Shown one piece after another: positions 12,538-24,124 of a stretch of DNA of 64,000 bases. The notes beneath the pieces were generated by a model. The model saw only the letters and a list, made by a program, of their open reading frames with translations. It did no database searches and was not told where the DNA came from. The stretch's first letter is position 1. Every line of letters begins with the position of its first letter. Made by a program: the position numbers and the translations under genes. The stretch comes from Lama glama (taxonomy: Eukaryota): assembly GCA_028534125.1 (NCBI GenBank), contig CM052816.1, forward strand, positions 5,086,001-5,150,000, read 5' to 3'.

Positions 12538-13399
12538 CTGCGCGCCCGCCCCCCCGGAGAAGCCGGGCGCGCCCGAGGCTGCCTCCCCCGCCTCGAACTT
12601 GGCTCTCAGAGCGCCCGCGACGCCTTCCTCCGGGGCGCTGGGCCCCAGTCCTTGAGGAGAAGGGTCGGGGTTCACGCTAGGCGCGGCCCCCCTCCCGGTT
12701 GGATGCAGCCGCCGTAGATCCAAGGCCCACTGGCGGGGCGGGGGGGGGAGGAAGGCCCCCCACTCTGCGGTCCAGGCCTCCTCGGCGTGCGTCCCCCCCC
12801 CGCCCGTTCCTCACGAGGCGCCCCCACCCCGAGCCTGGCAGGCTTCTCGTCCCGTCCCTCCCTCCCCCCAGCCCCCGGGGCGGCCCGGGCTTCCCGGCTC
12901 GGGGGCTGCAGCAATATGGACGGACGGGAGAGAGGCGCGGCGAGCCGAGCTGACCACGCGATCCGCGGCAGGCGGCGGGCGGGCGCGCGCCTCGCGACGC
13001 AGCGGGCGAGGGGAGGGGACGGCGCAGCGGGGGCGCGCCCGCCGGGGCCGGCCCTGGGCGACGGGCGGGCGAAGGCGGCGGGAGGGCGCGCGCACGGCTT
13101 CGCGGCCCCGCCCTTTACCCCGCCCCTCGCCGCCGATTCCCCGACGCACCTCGGAGCCTGGGGGTGAGGGGTACTCAGACCCGACGGGGGCGAGCACGTG
13201 CCTGATGCAATTCGGGAGGGGGGGCGGTGAGCGGGGCCGGAGAGGTAGGGTGGTAAAGAGGGGGAAGTGCCTTAAAGGGCCAGCGCGTGAAAGCGGACGC
13301 AGGTGGAGCACATGGGAACGGGCCACGCGGCCGGCCGGGCCTGCTCGCGCTCTTTAGTTTGGGTGCGCCAGATTACGCTGGGAAGGAGCCATTAATGTC

Positions 13400-13899
13400 N
13401 NNNNNNNNNNNNNNNNNNNNNNNNNNNNNNNNNNNNNNNNNNNNNNNNNNNNNNNNNNNNNNNNNNNNNNNNNNNNNNNNNNNNNNNNNNNNNNNNNNNN
13501 NNNNNNNNNNNNNNNNNNNNNNNNNNNNNNNNNNNNNNNNNNNNNNNNNNNNNNNNNNNNNNNNNNNNNNNNNNNNNNNNNNNNNNNNNNNNNNNNNNNN
13601 NNNNNNNNNNNNNNNNNNNNNNNNNNNNNNNNNNNNNNNNNNNNNNNNNNNNNNNNNNNNNNNNNNNNNNNNNNNNNNNNNNNNNNNNNNNNNNNNNNNN
13701 NNNNNNNNNNNNNNNNNNNNNNNNNNNNNNNNNNNNNNNNNNNNNNNNNNNNNNNNNNNNNNNNNNNNNNNNNNNNNNNNNNNNNNNNNNNNNNNNNNNN
13801 NNNNNNNNNNNNNNNNNNNNNNNNNNNNNNNNNNNNNNNNNNNNNNNNNNNNNNNNNNNNNNNNNNNNNNNNNNNNNNNNNNNNNNNNNNNNNNNNNNN
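13400..13899. other. Assembly gap (500 N)
   Basis: Run of N with a round placeholder length. Confidence 1.
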
Positions 13900-16257
13900 T
13901 ATCTTCATTTACAAATGAAAGCAACTGAATTTCAGAAAAAGAAAGTAAGGTGGGTGCCTGCAGTCCCAGGCAACAGCTGACTATCAAGTGGGCTTCTTCC
14001 AGGCAGTGTAACTCACCAGGCCTGTTCTTACCCACCACACCACACTGTGAGGCCTGCCTCTCTTCCCTCGGCTGTCATATCCACAAGTATTTATGGAGAA
14101 CTCATCAAATACATAGGACTGGGAAAGATACTAAAGCACTGAATCCTGTCTGCCCAAAAGATAAACTCTAATTGAGGGGACCAAGGAATTAAGTAATAGG
14201 TGATCTCCGGCCAAAAGAAAAGATAAATAAGATTAGCTTTAGGCAGAAAGCAACAAGGAACAGACTAACTTGTGCTGTGTCCTGGGCTTCAACACATCAC
14301 AGGCTTAAAACTCACAGACACACAGAGTGAGAAAGTCAAACTTCAAAAATAAAAATAATAAAGTGGGTCCAAATACCAATTTGTAATTAATTATGTGCGT
14401 GTTTGCTCCGGGTGCTGGAAACTTCCTAAAGGAGACGGAGGAGGCCAGATGAGGGACAAGAGACAGGAGACCTGGTTTACAGCCTGGTCCCATCTCTGGC
14501 TCGGCTGAATGACTTGGGCAGCCTCCTGAGCCTTCCTGGACTTTCATGTCTCCATTCTCAACACGGGAAGCATACCTGCCCATCAGGCTTATGGATGTGA
14601 AGAAAGATATAGTTTCCCTGAAACTATTCTTTTGGGGAAGCATAGGTAAACGGAGGGTGGGGTTCATGACGTTATCTATGCCTGGTGGGAAGGAAAATTT
14701 AACACGTTTGGATATTCAATTTTATTCCTCTTTGGGTTTGATTTTTCAAAGGACTCTGTGTTTCTGGAAGAACTTGGACTGTATCACTAACCTGATACCA
14801 GGGGCTCCTGGGCTTAAGGCCTCTTTATACGGATGTGGAGGAGTAGTGGGGTTAGCAAGGGAGGGGCCTCAGCCAAAGAAACTGTATGGGCTGGGGAGTG
14901 TGCTCCCAAACCCTAAAGACTCTTGGGCCTTCTGGCACATGCCAAGAAATTTATTTCAGTTCATGAGAGGAGACTCAGCCTAGATCTCCTCTTGTGAAGT
15001 AGAAGTGAATAGCAATTGTTTACTTAAGGGGGCTAAGGAGCACGGGAGGGTACTGGCCATTCCCTTAATACCTGGTTAACCCCCAGGGCAACCTTTTTTT
15101 GTAAGAATGATGATCCCCATTTTATGGATGAAGAAGTAGACTTAGAAGCCACCCAATCCACCTGGCAAGCTTGGTGAAAGAAGAGGATGGGTTTGCAGTG
15201 AACGAGGTCTGATAGAGATGAGTTAGAGACAGGCACCACCCGTGGCCTCTTTTCACTGCATTCTACCTATACAGCCCCTTCCCTCCGCCCCACGACCCTC
15301 CCTGCACATTCTCAAGTCATCCCCTGATGGGCTTCCCCACTAACTGTTCTCCCTGCCATGCAGCGTGCCCCCACCCTGCCTAACCCATTTCTCTGGGTCT
15401 TTGATGGACTTGGACAGGCCCTGCTTCTGCTCAAAAATCTCCGAACTCACATCCCTGCCTATACTGTTACTTCTAGCCCCACACCCTACACTACAGCGAC
15501 AGTAGACCACTCCCTGTTTCTTTCATTTGACAAGCATTTATTAGATATCTACCATGTGTCAGCTACTGCCCAGGCCCTGGACATGGAGAGGTGAGCAAGA
15601 CACACAGCTTCCATTCCTTCAGGAAGCTCCCCATCTAATGCCCTGTGGGCCTCGTGTTTTGCTGCCTCAGTCGGTTACTTCTCTCACTGTGACATAGCTG
15701 TTCATAGTGAGATCCTCTGTGAATCCCAGCTCGACCGTCTTGTGACTTTGGGCAAATATTTAACCTCTAAGCCTCAGTTTCCCCATCTGTAACTTGGAAA
15801 TGATGATACTACTTTTCTCATAGAGCTTCAAGTGAGCCTTAAATGAGAAAATGTGCGTAATTCCATAGCACAATGCCTGGCATGTAGTATGCGCTAAGTA
15901 AACATTACCTTTCATTACTTTCTTATTGCAGTAATGACATCCTATTTCCATTTGTCCAGAATTTTACCAGTCTTTCAAGGCTCAGCACAAAATGCCAACT
16001 TCTTCACAAAATTTTATTTAGTCTCCAGAACTGGAATAGATTTCTCCCTATTCTGAATTCCTAGTGGCAATTTCCCTAAAGCATACAATATTCTTTACTT
16101 TCTTTCTACCCTCATTTATGGTTATTTATGAATATGCCTTAGCCTCCATCTAGATTATAATATGCTTCTTGAAGGCAAGGATTGTACCCCATTCTTCTTA
16201 GTGTCCCTTGTAATAATCATCAGGGCTGCCTCTACACAGTGTGTTTTCTGGACAAAG

Positions 16258-16286
16258 GAATGAATGAATGAATGAATGAATGAATG
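16258..16286 (+). repeat. (GAAT)n microsatellite (L2 tail)
   Basis: gaatgaatgaatgaatgaatgaatgaatg. Confidence 0.9.
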
Positions 16287-16339
16287 CAGGATCACATCTG
16301 ATCACACCAGTGTTTTGGTAAATAGAACAATACTGTCAA

Positions 16340-16580
16340 ACTTGTGGTTTCCAAGGGGGCGGGGGGTGGGAATGGGATTTCAAAAAGTAGAATAGATAAA
16401 TAAGCTTATACTGTATAGCACAGGGAAATATACACAAGATCCGGGTAGCTCAAAGAGAAAAAAATGTGACAATGAATATATATATGTTCATGTATAACTG
16501 AAAAATTGTGCTCTACTCTGGAATTTGACACAACATTGTAAAATGATTATAACTCAATAAAAAATGTTGAAAAAAAAACC
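16340..16580 (+). mobile_element. Young LINE-1 3' end
   Basis: L1 3'UTR, poly(A) and TSD CAATACTGTCAA (16328-16339 / 16581-16592). Confidence 0.9.
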
Positions 16581-16969
16581 CAATACTGTCAAGGGCCAAG
16601 TGCTAAATTTTATATATAAAATACATAATGTATATTATATATTGAATGTACAATATTTATTATACATAATAAATGTATAAATTATATATACTTTTAAATG
16701 ATAAAATATAATACAAAATGAGCTAACTTTAGCAAACAGAAAAAAAAATTTAAGCCCAGAAACACAAAACCCACCTATAAGCTCACAAGCCAAAGGCAAA
16801 TCCCCTCCACATAGTCAGTGAAGTATCATCTATTGAGCACCTATGGTATGCCTTACCTGACAGCAGCCCACCTTCTATTTGTATCACACTGTATTTCCCA
16901 AAGGGCCTTCATGGAGACAGGACAAACGTGATTATCCCCAGTTGGCAACTGAAGAACAGAGCCCCATAG

Positions 16970-17190
16970 AAAAACAACAAGTTTATACTGTATAGCACAG
17001 GGAACTATATTCAATATCTTGTAGTAACTTATGGTGAAAGAGGATAAGAAAGCGAATATATGTATGCTCCTATATGACTGAAGTGTTGTGCTGTACATCA
17101 GAAATTGACACAACATTGTAAACTGGCTATACGTCAATAAATATATATAGAGAGAGAGAAAGATAAAAGAAAAAGAAAACAAAACAGAAC
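16970..17190 (+). mobile_element. Young LINE-1 3' end
   Basis: acaagtttatactgtatagcacagggaactatattcaatatc..., A-rich tail and a degenerate TSD (aacagagccccataga / aacagaaccccacaga). Confidence 0.85.
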
Positions 17191-17829
17191 AGAACCCCAC
17201 AGAAATTCCGTGACTTGCTCCAGGATGCTGGGGCAGGAGAATCAAGATCAGAAGCCAGGTCTCTCCCCTACCATTCCAAACCCCTGCACATCACAGGTAA
17301 CATATACAGCACACACTGAGAATGCAAAACTCCCACAGTTGAACGAAGGTAACCATGTTTAAACATTCCAGGGTCAAGAAACATCCAAGTTCACGGAGAC
17401 AGGTGGAAATCAGCAGCCAAAATGAAGGCAGAAAGCAATTTTCCCGGCAGCATGACCGTAAGTAGTCACAGGTACTGAGCTCCAGGACAGAATGGCCCTG
17501 ACTTAGGGACTGGAGTAGAAACAAGAAAGGGCAAGACGTGTTGTCTGCCCCAGGGAACAAAACTCCGTATACCAACACACTGTTCTCTTCACAGGCCACT
17601 TGACTGTCCTTTACCTATGGCACAGAAAAATAGGGGAACGGTTTTGGGGTCAAAGAGTTGGGTTCAGGTTCAGGTTTGCCCACTTCCTAGCTGTGTGATA
17701 TCAAGCAAATTACTTCACTTCTCTGACCTTCAGTGTTTCCATCTAAAAAAATGATGAAAAGGGAAATATTTGCCTGATAAAATTCTGAGAATGTCAAATG
17801 AACCATTATTTGTGTAAGGGTTTTATACT

Positions 17830-18030
17830 CCCAGCTCTACCACCCACCAGCTCTGTAACCTTGGGCAAGTTCCCTCATCTCGCTCTGCCTCAGTTTTCTC
17901 ATCTACAAAATGGATATAACAGCACCTACCTCTTAAGACTATTTTGAGAACTGAGTGAGTCAATACTTGTAAAGTGCTTAGAACAGTGCCTGACAAATGC
18001 TAAGTGCTGAATAAATGTCTGCTATAATTA
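17830..18030 (+). mobile_element. MIR SINE (one example of many in the window)
   Basis: MIR core: ctgtaaccttgggcaagtt...cctcagttttctcatctacaaaatgg...aaagtgcttagaacagtgcctgac. Similar cores at ~7800-8010, ~15720-15930, ~24200-24350, ~32630-32790 and ~53900-54060. Confidence 0.8.
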
Positions 18031-21000
18031 TTAAGAGTGTAGTAGTCATTGGCCTAGAGTCAAGGCAAACATTCTTCAAATCCCAGCAGAAAGCAGAGCC
18101 AGTGTTACCCTAAGGTACAGATAGGGAAATTAAGGCTCAGAAAAATTAGGTATTTATCTGGACTCATGCTGCTAGTTGGAAGCCACTCCATGAGGTCTAA
18201 AGATTCCAAATGCAATGCCTTCCCCTCTGGATAATATCCTAGCTGTTGTGAGCTGTCAGCCCTATGGCCAATTTCAGCCCACAGGCATGTTTTGTTTGGC
18301 CCACAGGATATTTTTTTTAAATTGAATTTAACTGTGATTAGATGGGCCCAGCACACACTAGTGAGCCTCAGGCCCCAGCCTCCCCAGGCCCCAGGTCTGT
18401 CACTCCCAGCTAACCACCCTCATTTAGATCCCTGCACAGGTGGATGCCATGCCTGTCACTGAACACCTGGTATAGACAAGTTCAAGAGACTAAAGGGGAG
18501 GCAGAGAGGAACACAGGCCAGAGCGATGGGGAAGAGGCAGTCTGGGAAGACTTCTTGGAGGTACCTGAGTTAGGACTGAAAACTGGAGAATGGGAATTGT
18601 CTAGATTAAAAGCGAGGTGGGGAGAGTTGGGGAAGAGCAGATCAATTTGGCATTTGATGACCTTCAGGGATGTTTATGAGTTTCCCTGCCAAGACTTTCC
18701 CTGCCAAGATTTCCCCAGGCCTCTTCCTCGGTTGAGAAGAGGAAAGAAATGAGTTGCCCTTTAGCTCTGATGAGGTCATGTGACCCAGCAAGTCCACAGT
18801 CAATACATATTGTCAATGTTGTCAATGTTGATTGGATTACTGATCTGTGTCATTACCCCTGAAGACTCAGCACTGCACAAGGCACCTGGAGGGAGGTGTG
18901 ATCTCAGAAGGCAAAGTATGAATTATGGCCTGTCTAGCTGTAGCCATCTAGAACTAAGTTTCTTCCCATCTGAGCAGTCTTGACAGCAGTTTCTAACATT
19001 TCACACTTCTACAGCAAAGAAGGTAAGTCCTGGTTGCAGGAATGAGCTGGAGAAAGGCTGTGGCAAACTAATGAAGCTGCCTGACTGCCTGTCCCAGTGG
19101 CAGTCACTGGATCAGAGAGGTTTGCCAATTCCCACGGGTCCTACAGCATTTGAGTCTCTGGATCTGTGACACATGGTAGGAAGTGAGAACTTGAAGTAAT
19201 GCGAGTGGCCTAATTACCTAATTGTGGGTAAAGGGCATAGAGATCACTGAAGACAAGGAATAGCCAGCCGGGCTCATTTTGCACTGGTAGCACTGCCTGG
19301 CGTGTTTGCTGCAAGCCTCCAGGGTGACTTGGCTCCCAGGGAGCCCCTCAACTGGGAAAAGCAGGAAATGTTACCGCTCATCTGGCACTCCCTTGCAAAA
19401 AATCTCCAATGGCTTCATAGTGCAATAAATATAAACTCCAGACTTGTCACCTCAGCCCACAAGACTCCATGTGCTCCAGACTCCATCCACCTCCGACTTG
19501 CCCTCTCTGCTCCCCTCTCCTGCCCCGCTGTGTGCCAGCCCCTCAAACATGTAGAACTCGGGGCTCTAGGGCATAGAATTTCCACTGCCTGGAACACATC
19601 CCCCCAACATACACACACAAACAGCAAACATTTCTCATCCTTCAAGCTGCAGTATAAATGGCCCCTTCCTCGAGAGTTCTCCCTGGATCTACTCGGCTGA
19701 AGTACTCCATGTTCTTCACAGCAGAGATCACAATCTCTGATTTTATGTGTTGACCTGCTTTTCGCCCATTTCCTCCACTAATGTGTAAACTGGGGCTTGT
19801 GGCTATTTTGTTCACCCTTGGTATTCCCAGCCCCAAGTACAGTGTTTGGCACAGTGACCCTTAATACTTTGCTGAATGAATGCTGTGTGACCTCTGGCAA
19901 GTTGCTTCCCCTCTCTGGGCCTCAGTAGCTCCACAGGTGAAATGCAGTGGCTGAATGAGGGGCTGCTGAGAACCCCTGGGGCTCTGACTGTGGTTCGGTG
20001 GCTAACACCTGGGCCTTGGGCCCAGGAGTGAGCCCGACGTGTTGCATCTCCACAGCACTGCACACAGGATACTGATTTAATCAGGCAGCAGACACCCTGT
20101 AATTTAGTGTTCTGCTGTCCCCTCCTCCCTAGTCCCTGGGCTGGAGACCATGCTGTCAGATTTCCAGGATGATCCACACACAGCCACCTGTTCTCCCAGC
20201 TCACTGATCCCAGTGCCCACGAGGATGGGCTGGTTGGCAGGCAGGACGGGCTGGGAGAGTATGTTCAATCTGGAAGCCTGAGAGCCAAAAGGACTTGTCA
20301 ATGTCATGAAATGAAAGACTGGACTCTGTGAGAGTTTTCATTAAATCTTATACTCTGTGGTTAGAAGGGACCTTCCAGGATGCCTGACCCAACCCTCAGC
20401 CTTCAGCATATCTGTTAAGTGGTGATCACCATCACCGAGACTCCACTTGAAGTGCTCAGAATAGGGGCCTCACCCCCTCTCAGAGCTGCTCATCTTGTCA
20501 ATGAATGGCTTTGTTTAGGAAGTTCTTTAATTAGCACCACAGTGAAATAGGAGGCAGTATAGCACAGGAGTGAAGGGCCAGGCCTCTGAGCCAGGTGGCC
20601 TGGGAGGAATCCCAGCTCTGCAACCTCCTTGCTGTGTGAGCTTGAGCAAGCCATGACCCCTCTCTGTGTCCCCATTTCCTCTTCTGTAAACAGAGAGAAC
20701 CCTCATTGGGCTGCTGGGAGAATTACAAGTGTTAATACCTAGTGAGAAGGCAGTAAATGTCTGCTACTATTAACTGCCGCTATGACTGTTCTTCTTGTTT
20801 TTATTGTTTTTAGTTCTTCAGGGACTCTGTTCTCTTGTTTGCAAAAGAGACAGTGGGGCCCAAAGACACAGGGCTGGGCCACCAGAAGGCTGTGCTCCCT
20901 GGTGACTGTGAGAATATTCACTTCATCTTTCCAGGCCTCAGGATCCTCACCTGAGAAGAGGAGAGGACATAATTCCTGTCCTGCTTCCCACCATAGAACT

Positions 21001-21756
21001 GATGTATAGATCGAATGAGAAATGGACAAGAAAGCTTTGAAAAGTGAAAAATGCTGTCTAAATGTGAGGGATTCATCTTATGTTCTTGGAGAAGCCCTGA
21101 TATTTTTAAGCAAAGCACATTCGCTTCCAAACAGCAAAACAGCTAAACTCAACCTATTTGGCAATGTGTTTTGGGTACCTGTCGTGAATTTGAAGCTAAT
21201 CCCTTCAGAATCTTCTTCCATTAATGTACCAGAGCACACAAATTTGAGAAGGGTTTACTTACAAGCATTTGTTAACTTCTTACAGGATATAGGGCTTGCT
21301 TTGGCTGATTTCTGCCATCTTTGTTTATTGTTACAATTATTGATTATTTCTTCTGTGTCTCTTCTTCAGCAATTTGATTGGCAGGTGAGATACATTCACT
21401 TTGCAAATGTTAGCAGGACACAGGAGCTCTGCATAACTTCAGGAAGTCTCGCGTGACTTTTGTCTAATAGCTGTCAGGCCATGTGGACCTACAGCGGGAG
21501 AAGGCCCCTAGAGACAGCTTCCTCATTGTACAGATCAGAAACCAAGGCCTAGAGAGGCAAAGACACCAGCCCAAAGTCACATAGCATGTTGATGCCAGCG
21601 GCTTGACTAGGTAACCAGGTCTCTTGACTCCAAACTCCGTACTCTTTCCAATAGTTCTGTGGACCCCTGCAATTTCTCTAAATTAGCTGATTGTGTGTTA
21701 AGCTCTTGTAATTCATAGAGGTTTACGTTTGTCAAAACTTATTGAACTGTACACTT

Positions 21757-21872
21757 CCTAAGCCTGGCTAGGACCTTGGCATTCATTTAAATTCCTTCTT
21801 CTAACTGGAACATTTGTGTTTTATCTGTAACACTGGCATTGAAATAAAGACCACACAGTTAGAAGAAAAACC
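21757..21872 (+). pseudogene. Short retroposed 3' end of an unidentified polyadenylated transcript
   Basis: AATAAA at 21843-21848 followed by a decayed A tail; flanked by 23-bp direct repeats with 2 mismatches (21734-21756 / 21873-21895). Confidence 0.6.
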
Positions 21873-22869
21873 AAAACCTACTGAACTGTACACTTAAAAT
21901 CTGTACGGTATATTGTAGTAAATTTAACTCAATTTTTAAAAAAAGATAAAATGCTATGGCAGAGTCCTGTATCATGGGGGGGGTCAATGTCAAAGGTTAA
22001 CATTGAGAGCAAAAATAACAGATAACATAAAGGGCTCATGAAAAGCCCTTAGGAAGGAAGAACTTAAGAGCCAGCATAGTCTCTCAGACAGGGTTTCTGC
22101 AAGCATTGTAACAGCCTGCTGTTTCTTCAGGGGGACCAGATTAGATGCTGTCTGGTGTGCAGGGATCAGGTTGTAGAAAAAAGAATGCATCTCTACAACA
22201 GGGTGATAATTCAGTGTGGTGACATGCGTACATGCAAACAAACACTGCTAAGGGAATGGCAGCTTGTAAAATCTTACCTTAGACACACACAAACATACGC
22301 TCACACACACACTCGTGCATGGACCCCCTTGAACAGGTTAGCCAAGGGCCTGAAGCCAGCGACCAAGATTTGAAGGCTCTTGGGGCCGAGTGTGTAAGTA
22401 AAATCAGGGGAATTTCAGGGCCTCAGATGGGGAGGGCTGCGGGGAAGAGGATGGAGTCTGGCTGGAAAGCTAGAACAATGGAGAACACCTCATTTAAGAG
22501 GAGAGGGCAGGGGTAGGGAACTGAGGAAGGAGGAGGAGATTGAAAGCTTGGAGGAGATCAAAGAGCGAGGCATTGGGAGGCAGCTTGGTTTCTGAGAAGG
22601 AGAAAGAAGTATGAAGCCCTGACTGGCTGCAGCCTCACAAAACTAGTAACTGTCCTTCGATAAGTAAACGCCCTAAAATTTGGAGAGATGGAGGTGGGAG
22701 AGGCTAATCCACAAAGCCGAACACTTTTACTGAGATTAAATTTGATACATTTCAGAACAGTTTGTTAATCATTTACATATAAAAAGGAAGATTCCACACT
22801 TCTCAGTATCAAAAGGGTCTCCTCTTTTGAAGAATTTGAACATTCCCCCTAGAAGCGTGTTAAAACAAT

Positions 22870-23560
22870 GCCCTTGTTCACCTCATACTCATTAGGATGG
22901 CTACTATCAAAAAAGGGAATGAAAATAACAACTGCTGGAGACAATGCGGAGAAATCAGATCCCTTGTACACTGTTGATGAGAATGTAAAATGGTGCAACC
23001 ACTATGGAAAACAGTATGTAGCTGCCTCAAAAAATTATCCAGCAATGATCCAGCAATCCCACTCTTGGCTATATATTCAACAGGATGGAAAGCAGGGTCT
23101 TGAAGAGGTTATCTGTACATCCATAATCATAGCAGCATCATTTACAACAGCCAAGAGGTAGAAACAACCCAAATGCCCATCAGTGGAAGAATGAATAAAC
23201 AAATGTGGTTCATACAGATGACAGAATATTATTCAGCTTTAAAAAGGAAGGAAACTCTGCCACATGCTACAGCGTGAGGACATCATGCTAAATGAAATAA
23301 GCCAATCACTAATCACTAAAGATACTGTATGATTCCACTTCTGTGAGACATCTAAAGTAGTCAAATTCATAGAAACAAAGTAGAATGGTGGTTGCCACAG
23401 GCTAGGGGAAGGGAGAAAAGGGTGCAGAGTTTCAGAATTGCAAGGTGAAAAAGATCTGGAGATCTGCTTTACAACAACATGAATAAACTTAACATTACTG
23501 AGCTGTACAATTTAAAATGCAAAATTTTATGTTAGGTGTCTTTTATCACAATAAAAAAAA
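22870..23560 (+). mobile_element. Older L1 (L1M-type) ORF2 end + 3'UTR
   Basis: Decayed ORF2 C-terminal peptide (...YTVDENVKWCNHYGKQ...IIAASFTTAKR) and a typical L1M 3'UTR ending in poly(A). Confidence 0.85.
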
Positions 23561-23975
23561 GAACAAACAAATAAACAAAAACCCAATATATTTTCCTGTA
23601 GAGCTTCCTTTACTCACTGAAAAACAGCTGGCTATAAAACAAAAACAAAAACAAACAAACAAAAAGCTTGTTCAGTGTGATACTATTTGTGTCAAATGTC
23701 CTATCTTGTTCTAATATATGCACATCATCATCATTAGGATGACGCCAAAAGTAAACAGTAGTTATTTCTGGGTTCTGATTTTGTTAATCTGCAAATCTGT
23801 ATTTTCTAACTTTTTTTAACAGAGCATTTTGTGACTTATTGAAACAACAACAACAAAAACTTCACCCCATTCCAGCCTCTGTCTTTGATGTCCACAAAAT
23901 TTACAGACATTGAATCTGTATTTTTGAGTTTTATTTTATATACAATTAGAAATCACTGTTAATAACTAATTTTAA

Positions 23976-24124
23976 GGGGGAGGGTATAGCTCAGCAGTAG
24001 AGCGTGTGCTTAGCATCCACAAGGTCCTGGATTCAATCTCCAGTACTTCCATTAAAGTAAATAAATTAATAAATAAAAGTTGAATTACTGCCCCCCCCAA
24101 AAAATAAATAAATAATTTAAAAAT
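23976..24124 (+). mobile_element. Vic-1-type SINE
   Basis: GGGGGAGGGTATAGCTCAGCAGTAGAGCGTGTGCTTAGC...GGATTCAATCTCC, AT-rich tail and a diverged TSD (aataactaattttaag / aatagttaattttaag). Confidence 0.88.

Larger units (their letters stand above)
10780..13399. promoter_or_regulatory. LARP1: CpG island / main LARP1 promoter, 5'UTR, exon 1 and start of intron 1
   Basis: Very GC- and CpG-rich, with GC boxes, GCGC runs and a CACGTG E-box at 13195-13200; surrounds the LARP1 ATG. The upstream edge runs into an N gap. Confidence 0.92.

Noticed and set aside
11839..12717. 292-aa plus-strand ORF and other long ORFs in the CpG islands
   Set aside because: Antisense or shadow frames in extremely GC-rich DNA with few stop codons; low-complexity Arg/Pro/Gly peptides with no recognisable domain.
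13287..14038. ORFs of ~180-220 aa spanning N runs (also 56462-57130)
   Set aside because: Artefacts of assembly gaps.
21022..21456. 144-aa plus-strand ORF in AT-rich DNA
   Set aside because: No recognisable protein similarity and no clear exon structure, poly(A) or TSD; treated as a chance ORF.
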